A DNA stretch of 64,000 bases from Elusimicrobiota bacterium (GTDB lineage Bacteria > Elusimicrobiota > Elusimicrobia > UBA1565 > UBA9628). Made by a program: the position numbers and the translations under genes. The DNA lies in the NCBI GenBank assembly GCA_016182905.1, contig JACPFR010000005.1, positions 12,185 to 76,184 on the forward strand. Direction: 5' to 3'. The stretch's first letter is position 1. Each line of letters starts with the position of its first letter. The notes below the pieces were generated by a model. The model worked only from the letters and a program-made list of their open reading frames with translations, was not told the origin of the DNA and did no database searches. Below, piece after piece: positions 18,942 to 27,339 of this stretch.

Positions 18942-19934
18942 TCACAAAAGATGTAGATGCGTTAAAGTCCAGTAGGCCGCCACGCCGATCACTCCGGCGG
19001 TCGGCAAGGTCACGAGCCAGGCCAGCGCGATCTGGCCGACCATGGCCCGGTTCACTCCGGCCGACCCCTTGCGCAGGCCCATGCCCATGATCGCGGAGCT
19101 CGACACATGGGTCGTCGAGACCGGGAAGCCGTGGAGGGCGGTGCCCACGACCATCGCGGTCGTGGCGAGATTGGCCGCGAAGCCCTCCAGATGATCCATC
19201 TTGGCGACCTTGTGCGCGAGGGTGTCGGTGACCGCGAGCCCCAGGATGATCCCGCCCGCCGCGTTGGCGACGGCGAGGACGAGGAAGAACCAGCGCGGCG
19301 CCACCGTCGCGCTGGGATCGAGCACGGCGTAAAAGAAGAAGCCGAGACCGGCGATCTTCGGGGTGTCGTTCAAGCCCCGCGCGAAGCCGCTCGAAATCGC
19401 GCTCGCCCAATGCGCCCAGTGGCAATTAAGACAGTACTGTTCGCGGCAGAGCCAGTTCAATCCGCGGAACAACAGCCAGGCCGTGCCGAACGCGGCGACG
19501 GGCGAAAGCAGCAACGGTAAGGCGACTTTCTTCCACACGCTTCCCCAAAGCACCTGGTCGAAGCCGAAGGCGTACAGGCCGGTCAGGAGCGTGGCGCCCA
19601 CGATGGCGTGCGTGGTCGAGACCGGCATGCCGATACGCGTCGACAGCAGGACCCAGCCGACCGCCCCGGCGAGGATGGCGAGCGCGAAGGTCTGGTTGAG
19701 CTGAACCTGAGGGGAGAGCATTCCCGTGGTGAAGAGCAAGGTCATCTTCACGGCCCAGGCGGAGGCGAGCACAGCGCCGGCCGCGACGGCCAGAGAAGCA
19801 ACGACGACGGCCTTCTTGTAATCCGACTCTCCGCTCCCGACCAAGGTCGCGATCGACTTGGAGATGTCGTTGGCGCCGTTGGCGAAGGCGAGGCCGGCGG
19901 CGGTGGTCAGTCCCACGACGGCGACGATGTTCAT
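18942..19934 (-). CDS. PiT-family phosphate/anion permease
   Basis: FANGAND, GMPVSTTHA, GLNDTPK, GFPVSTTH PHO4 motifs; internal CREQYCLNC linker. Confidence 0.92.
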   Translation of the reverse strand: MNIVAVVGLTTAAGLAFANGANDISKSIATLVGSGESDYKKAVVVASLAVAAGAVLASAWAVKMTLLFTTGMLSPQVQLNQTFALAILAGAVGWVLLSTRIGMPVSTTHAIVGATLLTGLYAFGFDQVLWGSVWKKVALPLLLSPVAAFGTAWLLFRGLNWLCREQYCLNCHWAHWASAISSGFARGLNDTPKIAGLGFFFYAVLDPSATVAPRWFFLVLAVANAAGGIILGLAVTDTLAHKVAKMDHLEGFAANLATTAMVVGTALHGFPVSTTHVSSSAIMGMGLRKGSAGVNRAMVGQIALAWLVTLPTAGVIGVAAYWTLTHLHLL

Positions 19935-21256
19935 TTGATCTCCACGGTCATTAAGTGAGTCCGTCCGGGCCGCCGTTCGTTACACGCGTTGTAAAGACCT
20001 CGGCCGAGCAGGCCGTAGACCACGGCGTATTCGCCGATCCACAGCCAGCGCCACCACGGCAGGCGAGCCGACGATTCTCTCAGCGCGGGATCGATCGCGA
20101 AATACATGAAGCCGACGATCCAGGCCCAGGCCAAGGCGGCCGGCGAGGGAGTCAGGAGGGCGAACGGCAAGGCCCAGAGCACGTACCAGGGCTGGACCAC
20201 GGGACTGGCAAGGAGGACGGCGAGGATCATCCCGCACAGGTAGCGTACGGCGTCCTCGCCGCAGCGCCGGGCCCATGGCAGGCTGAACGTGATGACGATC
20301 AGTACGAGGAGGAGCCGTCGCAAGGAGGGGGATTCGACGAGAGTCGACAAGGCGGCGTACAGGCTGGGATTAGCCAGCCAGTCGGATGCGAACGCGGCGA
20401 TGCCGCTCTCAGGTACGGCGTGCAGCGCCGCGGCAAGACCGGAAACGACCGGAATCAGGCCGAAGCATGCGACTGAGAGAAAAACCACCGCGTAGCGCGG
20501 GCGCCGAAGGAACAGCCATGGCAGCAGGACGATCGGGACGACTTTCACCAGCGCCGCCGCCGCCCATACCGCGGCGCCGATTCCGCGGCGCCCGGATTCC
20601 CACAGGTCGAGGCCGGCAAGGAGCCCGAGGATCATCAGGGAGTCGAGATGCCCCGCCGCCGAGAACTCGACGAGCACGAGGGGATGCCAGGCGTAGACCG
20701 CGGCCCAAGCGACGGACAAACCGCGGCGGCGCAGAAGCCGCATGAGCAGGACGCAGGCAAGGAGGTCGCAGAGGGAGAAAAATCCCTTTTGGGCTCGCGC
20801 GTCGGCCGTGACGGCGGCGACAATACGGAAAGCCGCCAGGGCCAACGGGGGATAGATCGCGGTCAGGCCCTGATTGTTGATCCGTTCGTCCTGTCCTTGG
20901 CGAAGGAACGCGAGATCCGGAGAAGACGGCGGGAGAAGATAGGGATTGCGTCCCGCGTTGGCGACCCGGCCCTCCCATGAATATCGATAGGCGTCGGTCG
21001 ATGGGGTCGGGGGAACGAGAACGAGCGCAAGACGACAGAAAGCCGCGACGACGAGGATAAGCGCCTTCCGATCGCCCTCGTCCTTCCCAGGATGAGGCTC
21101 ATGCGCAAGCCTTCGCCAGGTCAGCCACGACACGCAGGTCCAGAGGGCCAAAACGCACAGGAACGCCGGAACATGGTCCACCAGCGGAGCCCGGAGGGCC
21201 AACGCGACGGCGCCGAGCGCCGAGGCAAGGCCGGCTCGAAGCAGAATACGGGTCAC
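19931..21256 (-). CDS. GT-C (GT87-like) polyprenyl-sugar-dependent glycosyltransferase
   Basis: STDAYRYSWEG, NPY, IYPP, YAWHPL...E....GHLD, PWY motifs; many TMs; GTG 21256 preferred because the promoter motif overlaps the ORF-track start. Confidence 0.85.
   Translation of the reverse strand: MTRILLRAGLASALGAVALALRAPLVDHVPAFLCVLALWTCVSWLTWRRLAHEPHPGKDEGDRKALILVVAAFCRLALVLVPPTPSTDAYRYSWEGRVANAGRNPYLLPPSSPDLAFLRQGQDERINNQGLTAIYPPLALAAFRIVAAVTADARAQKGFFSLCDLLACVLLMRLLRRRGLSVAWAAVYAWHPLVLVEFSAAGHLDSLMILGLLAGLDLWESGRRGIGAAVWAAAALVKVVPIVLLPWLFLRRPRYAVVFLSVACFGLIPVVSGLAAALHAVPESGIAAFASDWLANPSLYAALSTLVESPSLRRLLLVLIVITFSLPWARRCGEDAVRYLCGMILAVLLASPVVQPWYVLWALPFALLTPSPAALAWAWIVGFMYFAIDPALRESSARLPWWRWLWIGEYAVVYGLLGRGLYNACNERRPGRTHLMTVEIK
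19958..19984 (-). promoter_or_regulatory. ECF-type promoter motif copy 2 (TGTAAC-N15-CGGACT)
   Basis: Inside the GT-C 3' end, 23 nt upstream of the PiT start. Confidence 0.78.
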
Positions 21257-21263
21257 CAGAGTG

Positions 21264-21290
21264 AGTCCGCGCCGGCGGAGGAACATTACA
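21264..21290 (-). promoter_or_regulatory. ECF-type promoter motif copy 3 (TGTAAT-N15-CGGACT)
   Basis: 7 nt upstream of the GT-C GTG; leaderless geometry. Confidence 0.75.
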
Positions 21291-21307
21291 GAGGTCTGAC
21301 TCCATAC

Positions 21308-22147
21308 CTAAAGCACGCTGGGCGCGATTTCCTCCACCATGTCGCCGATCAGATCAGGATCACTGTCAGGAGCCAACATGCCGGCATCGCCCATCTTTCC
21401 GGTCATCTCCAGCTTGAAGGCATCGCCGGTCTTGCGCAGGCGCGACTCGCCCCCGCAGGCGCGGCAATAAATGCATTCGCCGCCATGCTGGGCGCGACGC
21501 AGCGCGATCGGCGCGCTGCATGAGGGACAGCCTTGCAGCGGAAGTCCCGGCTCGCTGTGTCCGACGATGCAAGCGACCTCCGAAGAACGATCCCATGCCA
21601 GGGCGTGCCGTCCGAATTGAGCGTCGAACTGGCCGCCGAGCTCGTCGCCGATGACGGTCAATGCCTTCGCCATCGGCATTCCCTTTCGATAGGGACGAGC
21701 GCTGGTCATGGCATCGAAGGCGTCGGCGATGCCGACGATGCGCGCGACTTCGGGGATCGCCTCGCCCGCGATGCCGCTCGGATAGCCCTTGCCGTCCGGA
21801 CGCTCGTGATGACCGACCACGGCATCCATCGCCAGACCGGCAAGCGGATGATGCGACAGCAGCCGTCCGCCGACCGTCAGGTGGGTTTTCATGACGGCGT
21901 ATTCAGCATCGGCCAGGCGATCCCGTTTGTTGAGGACCGAATCCGGCACGCCGACCTTGCCGAGGTCGTGCAGGAAGCCGCCGATCTCGCACAGCGCGAC
22001 ATCGCGGGGGGACAACCCGGACTGCCGCGCCAGCAGCTTCGAGAGCTGAGAGACGCGCCACAGGTGTCCTCCGGTATAAGGGTCGCGCGCTTCGACGATC
22101 ATCGCCGAACCCAGCAAGGCATGCAGCAACGATTCTTTTTCCGCCAT
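21308..22147 (-). CDS. HD-GYP phosphodiesterase with C-terminal zinc ribbon (copy 2)
   Basis: Same motifs as 9788..10741; CPSC...CRAC. Confidence 0.9.
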   Translation of the reverse strand: MAEKESLLHALLGSAMIVEARDPYTGGHLWRVSQLSKLLARQSGLSPRDVALCEIGGFLHDLGKVGVPDSVLNKRDRLADAEYAVMKTHLTVGGRLLSHHPLAGLAMDAVVGHHERPDGKGYPSGIAGEAIPEVARIVGIADAFDAMTSARPYRKGMPMAKALTVIGDELGGQFDAQFGRHALAWDRSSEVACIVGHSEPGLPLQGCPSCSAPIALRRAQHGGECIYCRACGGESRLRKTGDAFKLEMTGKMGDAGMLAPDSDPDLIGDMVEEIAPSVL

Positions 22148-22230
22148 GATACGCCCCCCTGCTCACGGAAGTCTAATCCGGGCGGCCGGGCGCCGGCCAT
22201 AGCGGGCGCGTGAATTAATTTTAACGGCCC

Positions 22231-22262
22231 TTGACTCAATACCCAGGTATTGGGTCTATACT
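22231..22262 (+). promoter_or_regulatory. MerR-type promoter/operator
   Basis: TTGACT-N20-TATACT with dyad CAATACC-CA-GGTATTG in the spacer. Confidence 0.85.
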
Positions 22263-22279
22263 GGAAGCAAGGAGGCGCG

Positions 22280-22687
22280 ATGAAAGAATATCTGACGGTC
22301 GGAAAGGTCGCCCGGCAGGCCGGAGTCAACCTGCAGACCGTTCTTTATTACGAGAGGCGGCGCTTGCTGTCGCCGGCCCGGCGCTCCGACTCCGGCTACC
22401 GCTTATACGCGCCGGAAACGGTGCGCGTCATCCGCTTTATTAAGAATGCCCAGGCGTTGGGCTTTACGCTCGAAGAGGTCGCCAAGCTCTTGCGGCTGAG
22501 GGTCAACCATCGCAGCCAATGCGAATCGGTCAAGCGGCAGGCCCGATCGCGGTTGGAGCTGGTGCAGGAGAAGATCGGGGGATTGAGGGCGATGGAAAGG
22601 ACTCTGAAGCGGCTGCTCAAGACTTGCACGGCGCGCGGCACTACGGACTCCTGCCCGATCCTGGAAAGTCTGGAATCAAGGAGATGA
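22280..22687 (+). CDS. MerR-family heavy-metal regulator (copy 1)
   Basis: TVLYYERRRLL, GYRLY, LGFTLEE; three Cys (QCES, TC...SCPIL). Confidence 0.93.
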   Translation: MKEYLTVGKVARQAGVNLQTVLYYERRRLLSPARRSDSGYRLYAPETVRVIRFIKNAQALGFTLEEVAKLLRLRVNHRSQCESVKRQARSRLELVQEKIGGLRAMERTLKRLLKTCTARGTTDSCPILESLESRR

Positions 22688-22691
22688 TCAT

Positions 22692-23279
22692 ATGGACAAG
22701 AAATTCGTCGGATTGGCGGCGCTGGCTTCGGCCGGACTGGCCTCGGTGTGCTGTCTCGGTCCACTCGTCGTGACGGGCCTGGGGCTGGGAAGCTTGGGTC
22801 TGGCGGCGGGCTTGACCAAGTACAGACCGCTCTTCCTGGCGCTGACCGGCATCATCCTCGCCGTCGCCTTCTACCTCGCCTATCGCAGACGTTCCGTGAC
22901 GTGCGTCGACGGCAGCTGCGAGCTCCGCTCGGGCAGCCGGGCGATGAAGGCCGGCGTGTGGACGTTGGCGGCGCTGGCGGCGGCCATGGCGACTTTCCCA
23001 AGTTGGTCGGGGCGATTCGTCTCAAGCGCTCCGGTCGCCGTCCCGGCGGGGACTCAAGTCCTGTCCCTGAAAGTCACTGGCATGGACTGCGAGGCCTGCA
23101 CCGCGGCGATCAAGCAGTCGGTGGAGAAGGTGCCGGGCGTCCTCTCGGCGCGTATCGACTTCACCGGACAGCGGGCGACGGTCGTTTCCGACGGCAACGC
23201 CGATCCCAGGGCGGTGATTCAAGCCGTGGCGACCGCAGGATACAAGGCCGAATTGATCAACGGAGGCGGTCATGACTAA
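22692..23279 (+). CDS. MerT-like transporter fused to an HMA (MerP-like) domain
   Basis: ASVCCLGP, YRP, C..GSC; C-terminal GMDCEAC. Confidence 0.88.
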   Translation: MDKKFVGLAALASAGLASVCCLGPLVVTGLGLGSLGLAAGLTKYRPLFLALTGIILAVAFYLAYRRRSVTCVDGSCELRSGSRAMKAGVWTLAALAAAMATFPSWSGRFVSSAPVAVPAGTQVLSLKVTGMDCEACTAAIKQSVEKVPGVLSARIDFTGQRATVVSDGNADPRAVIQAVATAGYKAELINGGGHD

Positions 23280-23736
23280 TCCTGACGAGCACGAGGCGTG
23301 CTGCCGTCTTCCGGCCGTCGCCCTTGCCTGTCCCGTCTGCGGCAAGCAAGGCCGAAAGGTGGGGAAAGAAACCTTGGATCAGCACTTAGCTCCCGGGCCG
23401 CGGGCTCTGCTTGGTGATGAAGCCGGCTTCTGTCCGAACCCGGCCTGCGAGGTCGTGTACTTCGACGGTACCGCAACCGTCCGCAAGGGCGAAACGTTGC
23501 ATGCCGTCACGCAGAAGGATCCGGGCGATGAAGTCTTCGTGTGCTACTGCTTCGAACATAAGCGCGGCGACCTGAGGCGCGATCTGGCGGAGAAAGGCAT
23601 GACGGACATTCCGGACCGGGTCAAGCGGGGTGTTAAGGAAGGGCGCTGCGATTGCGCGCGAAAGAACCCGCAGGGAGCCTGCTGCCTGGGCAATATCGTT
23701 GCGGCGATCAACGAGATAAAAGGAAAAAAATCATGA
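23272..23736 (+). CDS. CopZ-NT-like Zn/[2Fe-2S] metallochaperone
   Basis: CPVC, FCPNPAC.VVYF, VCYCF, CDC...NPQGACC. Confidence 0.85.
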   Translation: MTNPDEHEACCRLPAVALACPVCGKQGRKVGKETLDQHLAPGPRALLGDEAGFCPNPACEVVYFDGTATVRKGETLHAVTQKDPGDEVFVCYCFEHKRGDLRRDLAEKGMTDIPDRVKRGVKEGRCDCARKNPQGACCLGNIVAAINEIKGKKS

Positions 23737-24104
23737 AAAGCGCGCTGCTCGCCGTCGGGTTGGCGTTCGCGACGACGGCGGCCGTTGGATCTTCCGTGCT
23801 TGCCGCGAACGTCGCCTCGGACGCCGCGCGGGCGGAGCCGGCCGAACTGTCCGGAGCGGTGCTCGTCCGCGTAAAAGGCATGGACTGCCCCATGTGCGCC
23901 TTCGGCTTCAAGAGGCGGCTCAAGAAACTGCCGGGGGCTGAGGCCGTGCGGCTCGACTATAAGGCAGGCACGGCGCGCATCACGTTTAAGTCCGGCGCAC
24001 GGATCAATCCGGACGATATCCGCAAATCCGTCAAGGACGCCGGATTCGAGGCGATCGAGATCGGCCCGGCCATACCGGCGCAGATCAAAGGAGAAAAACA
24101 ATGA
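23733..24104 (+). CDS. Periplasmic HMA-domain protein
   Basis: Signal peptide; GMDCPMCAFG. Confidence 0.85.
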   Translation: MKSALLAVGLAFATTAAVGSSVLAANVASDAARAEPAELSGAVLVRVKGMDCPMCAFGFKRRLKKLPGAEAVRLDYKAGTARITFKSGARINPDDIRKSVKDAGFEAIEIGPAIPAQIKGEKQ

Positions 24105-24622
24105 AACGGATACTTGTCGTTCTCGGGGCGGTCGCGGCACTTTGCGCGCTTTCCCCGCTGGCACAGGCGCAAACCTTCCGCAACGTCCTCATCCACGTCA
24201 AGACGTCGCTGTCGCTTGACGACGCGCAGATCTGCGCCGCGCCGAACGTCGCCCTCGCCTCGCTCAAGGCCGGCCACAAGGTGACGATGCTCTTCGACGC
24301 CAGCGCGGTGACCTCCGTCACGAGGGGGTTCGGCTGGAAGCGTAAGTTCTCGAGCACGAGCGCCATGGACCGGGCGAAGCTCCCGGAGCGCGAACGGCGC
24401 AGCCTGTCCGAGCAGCTCGGCGTCCCGCTCGAGCAAGTCCCGCACGACTACGGCGAATACCTGGGCTTCCTGAAGGGCAAGGGCGTCGAGATCTACGGGA
24501 ACAAGACGATGATGCTGCTCTACAACATCGACCCGGCCAAAGCGGATTCCGCCGTCGTGCCCGTCGGCTTGGAAAAAATGGTCGAGCTGTTCAACGCGGC
24601 GGAGCGCACCATCGTATATTGA
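24101..24622 (+). CDS. Exported DsrE-family protein
   Basis: Signal peptide; GHKVTMLFDASAV, FLKGKGVEIY DsrE-like pattern. Confidence 0.7.
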   Translation: MKRILVVLGAVAALCALSPLAQAQTFRNVLIHVKTSLSLDDAQICAAPNVALASLKAGHKVTMLFDASAVTSVTRGFGWKRKFSSTSAMDRAKLPERERRSLSEQLGVPLEQVPHDYGEYLGFLKGKGVEIYGNKTMMLLYNIDPAKADSAVVPVGLEKMVELFNAAERTIVY

Positions 24623-24667
24623 CGTAGCCGACATATCGAAGCGCCCGCTGAAATGGTGGAATCGATA

Positions 24668-26440
24668 ATGGCAACGGCGACGAGCGGATGCGGCGTGGAG
24701 AGCCTTCGCGCGCGCAGTCCGGAGGCGCTGACGGCGATGGTCAACGAGCACCTCCCGGCCTTGCTCGCGGGGGCGCTCGCCATTGGGCTGTCTCGGGCCG
24801 ACGCGGAAGAGGCCGTCCAGGAGACCTTCGTGGCCTTCCTCTCCGCGTCGGACCGTTTCCAGGTCCGATCGAGCCTGCGGACCTACTTGTTCGGCATCCT
24901 TTATTATAAGGCGTCCCACTTGCGCGCCAAGGCCCGGCGGGAGGAGGGGCGCGACGACCTTGAGGCCGTGCTCGAGGCGCGCCTCGACGCGGGCGGGATG
25001 TGGCCGCCGCGCGGGCCGGAGGCCGAGATGCTCGGAGCCGAGACTCGGAGCCGGATCAAGGAGGCCGCGGAAAGCCTCTCGACGGCCCAGAGAACGGCGT
25101 TTTTTCTCAAGGAAGTCGAGGGAGCGACTCCGGCGGCTATCTGCGGCGTTTTGAACGTTACACCGACGTATCTTAGAGTGCTGCTCTATCGCGCCCGCAT
25201 GAAACTGCGCTTATGCCTCGGTCCGCGGGTTCTTGGAGCCGTCTTTGCTTTGTGCGCGTTTTCACCGGCGACCGCCGGCGCGCAGGGCTATGGCCTCATC
25301 GCCGCATGGGGGACGAGCGGCTCCGGCCCCGCGCAGTTCCGGGAGCCTATGGGGATCGCCATAGACGGCCAAGGAAACGTCTACGCGGCAGATTCGCGCA
25401 ATCGCCGCGTCCAGAAGTTATCGCCGGACGGCAGGTTCCTCGCGGAGTTCGGCGGGCCGGATGTGTTAAAAAAGCCGGTGGACACAGCGGTCGGTCCCGA
25501 GGGGACGCTTTATGTCTGCGACTATGAAGCGGACCGCGTCGAGGTTTTTTCCCGGGATGGCGAGCGCCTTTACGGCTGGGGAGAGCCGGGAGAGGGGAAC
25601 GGCCAATTCCGTTCTCCGGCCGGTATCGCGGCGGACAGGACCGGCAACGTTTACGTGGCCGACTTCTACAATCACCGCATCCAGGTTTTCGACTCCAAAG
25701 GCGGATGGCTCAAGTCCATCGGCAAGAAAGGGCGCGGGAAAGGAGAATTCACTTATCCCACGGATCTGGATTTCGACGACTCGGGCAATCTGGTCGTAGC
25801 CGACGCCTACAACCATCGAATCCAGAAGATCTCGCCGGACGGACGGTCCCTGGAAATATGGGGCTCCGCCTGGAAGCGCTTCTTCTCACGCGGCGCTTTT
25901 CGCGTGCCCAGCGGCGTCGCGGTGGACGCTCGCGGCGACATCCACGTCGCCGACTCGGCCAATAAGCGCGTCGTTTTGCTGGGAGCCAAGGGAGACTTTA
26001 AGGGCGAATGGAGACCGGCGGACGACAGGCGTCCCGACGTCTATTCCCCGACCCATATCGCCGCCGGATCGGATGGACGCATCTTTGCGGCCGACACCGC
26101 CAATGACCGCATACTGGTCCTGGGTCTTGGAGCCTCCGAGGTCGCCGGCGAGGGCCGGGAAGCTCGGGAGCCTCCTGCCGCCGAGCATGTTTCCGGGGAC
26201 GTGCTGGTGCGGATCGAAGGAATGGCCTGCCCATTCTGCGCCTACGGCATCGAGAAACACTTAGGCCGCCTGGCCGGCGTGCGTTCCGCCCGCGTGAACC
26301 TGGGCCAGGGGACGGCGATACTGTATCTCGAGCCGGGTAAGACCGTTTCCTTCGACGATGTCCGCAAGGCCGTGGAGAAGGCCGGGTTCAAGGCCGCGGA
26401 ACTCAAGGGAATGCCGCCCGTCCGTAAGGAGCACCCATGA
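24668..26440 (+). CDS. ECF sigma factor fused to a signal/TM segment, NHL beta-propeller and HMA domain
   Basis: DAEEAVQETF...SSLRTYLFGIL region 2, region 4 VLLYRAR, hydrophobic linker, ~6 NHL repeats (YVADFYNHRIQVF), GMACPFC. Confidence 0.85.
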   Translation: MATATSGCGVESLRARSPEALTAMVNEHLPALLAGALAIGLSRADAEEAVQETFVAFLSASDRFQVRSSLRTYLFGILYYKASHLRAKARREEGRDDLEAVLEARLDAGGMWPPRGPEAEMLGAETRSRIKEAAESLSTAQRTAFFLKEVEGATPAAICGVLNVTPTYLRVLLYRARMKLRLCLGPRVLGAVFALCAFSPATAGAQGYGLIAAWGTSGSGPAQFREPMGIAIDGQGNVYAADSRNRRVQKLSPDGRFLAEFGGPDVLKKPVDTAVGPEGTLYVCDYEADRVEVFSRDGERLYGWGEPGEGNGQFRSPAGIAADRTGNVYVADFYNHRIQVFDSKGGWLKSIGKKGRGKGEFTYPTDLDFDDSGNLVVADAYNHRIQKISPDGRSLEIWGSAWKRFFSRGAFRVPSGVAVDARGDIHVADSANKRVVLLGAKGDFKGEWRPADDRRPDVYSPTHIAAGSDGRIFAADTANDRILVLGLGASEVAGEGREAREPPAAEHVSGDVLVRIEGMACPFCAYGIEKHLGRLAGVRSARVNLGQGTAILYLEPGKTVSFDDVRKAVEKAGFKAAELKGMPPVRKEHP

Positions 26441-27330
26441 AAACGGCGCGGATTCTGCTCTCCCTATCCTTGCTAGCCTCCCACATCCCGCCCCTTGAGG
26501 CCGCTCCCATCAGCTTCAACACCGCCCTTCCCGTGCATGAGGGAGGACTCCTCTTTCGCGGGCTGGGAGTTTGGATGAACATGCATGACGACCCCTCTCC
26601 CATGGGTCGGGAAATGGATGTCGCGGCGGTTGCCTCCGTGCTGGTTTACGGGGCCGGCTCCAAGCTGGCGCTGATGGGCGTATTCCCGTACATGGACAAA
26701 AGACTTGCGATCAAGTCGACCGGCGTCGTCCGGCGAGCTTCCGGGCTCGGAGACATCTTGACCGTCGGCCGATACGAGATCTTTGCGCGCAGCGGCCCCG
26801 GACAGACCACCCGCGGAGCGGTCCTCGCCGGGGTCAAGTGGCCGAGCGGCAGAAACGCCGAAACCGACGCCCTCGGGGTCCTGCCGCCCTCCGTGCAGCT
26901 TGGGTCCGGTTCCTACGATCCCATCCTGGGCACCGTGTGGACCGGCCAGTGGCTCGCCTTTCAAGTGGATACGGACGTCTCCTATCGGAGAAACACGAAG
27001 GCCGATGACTTCAAGTTCGGCGATGCCCTGGAGCAGAATATTTCCGTTCAGTATCGCCTTTGGCCCAGGGTGTTGGAGGCGGAGGGCCTGCCCAGCTACC
27101 TCTACGGAGTCTTGGAAGCCAACAACATCTACTCGGCGAAGAACGAGGCGGGCGGCGTCACGGACGGGGACTCAGGCGGATACCAGTTGTTCCTGACGCC
27201 CGGTCTGCAATGGGTCGCCAAAAGAGCCGTGGTCGAAGTCGCGGCGCAGTTGCCGGTCGTGCAGAGCCTCAACGGGACCGCTCTCAGGACCGACTACCGC
27301 CTGTTAGGCGGCTTTCGTCTCTGGTTTTGA
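26437..27330 (+). CDS. Outer-membrane beta-barrel 'transporter' (MetA-pathway/SphA-like)
   Basis: Signal peptide, SGLGDI, QLGSGSYD, C-terminal F. Confidence 0.8.
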   Translation: MKTARILLSLSLLASHIPPLEAAPISFNTALPVHEGGLLFRGLGVWMNMHDDPSPMGREMDVAAVASVLVYGAGSKLALMGVFPYMDKRLAIKSTGVVRRASGLGDILTVGRYEIFARSGPGQTTRGAVLAGVKWPSGRNAETDALGVLPPSVQLGSGSYDPILGTVWTGQWLAFQVDTDVSYRRNTKADDFKFGDALEQNISVQYRLWPRVLEAEGLPSYLYGVLEANNIYSAKNEAGGVTDGDSGGYQLFLTPGLQWVAKRAVVEVAAQLPVVQSLNGTALRTDYRLLGGFRLWF

Positions 27331-27339
27331 ATCCACCGT

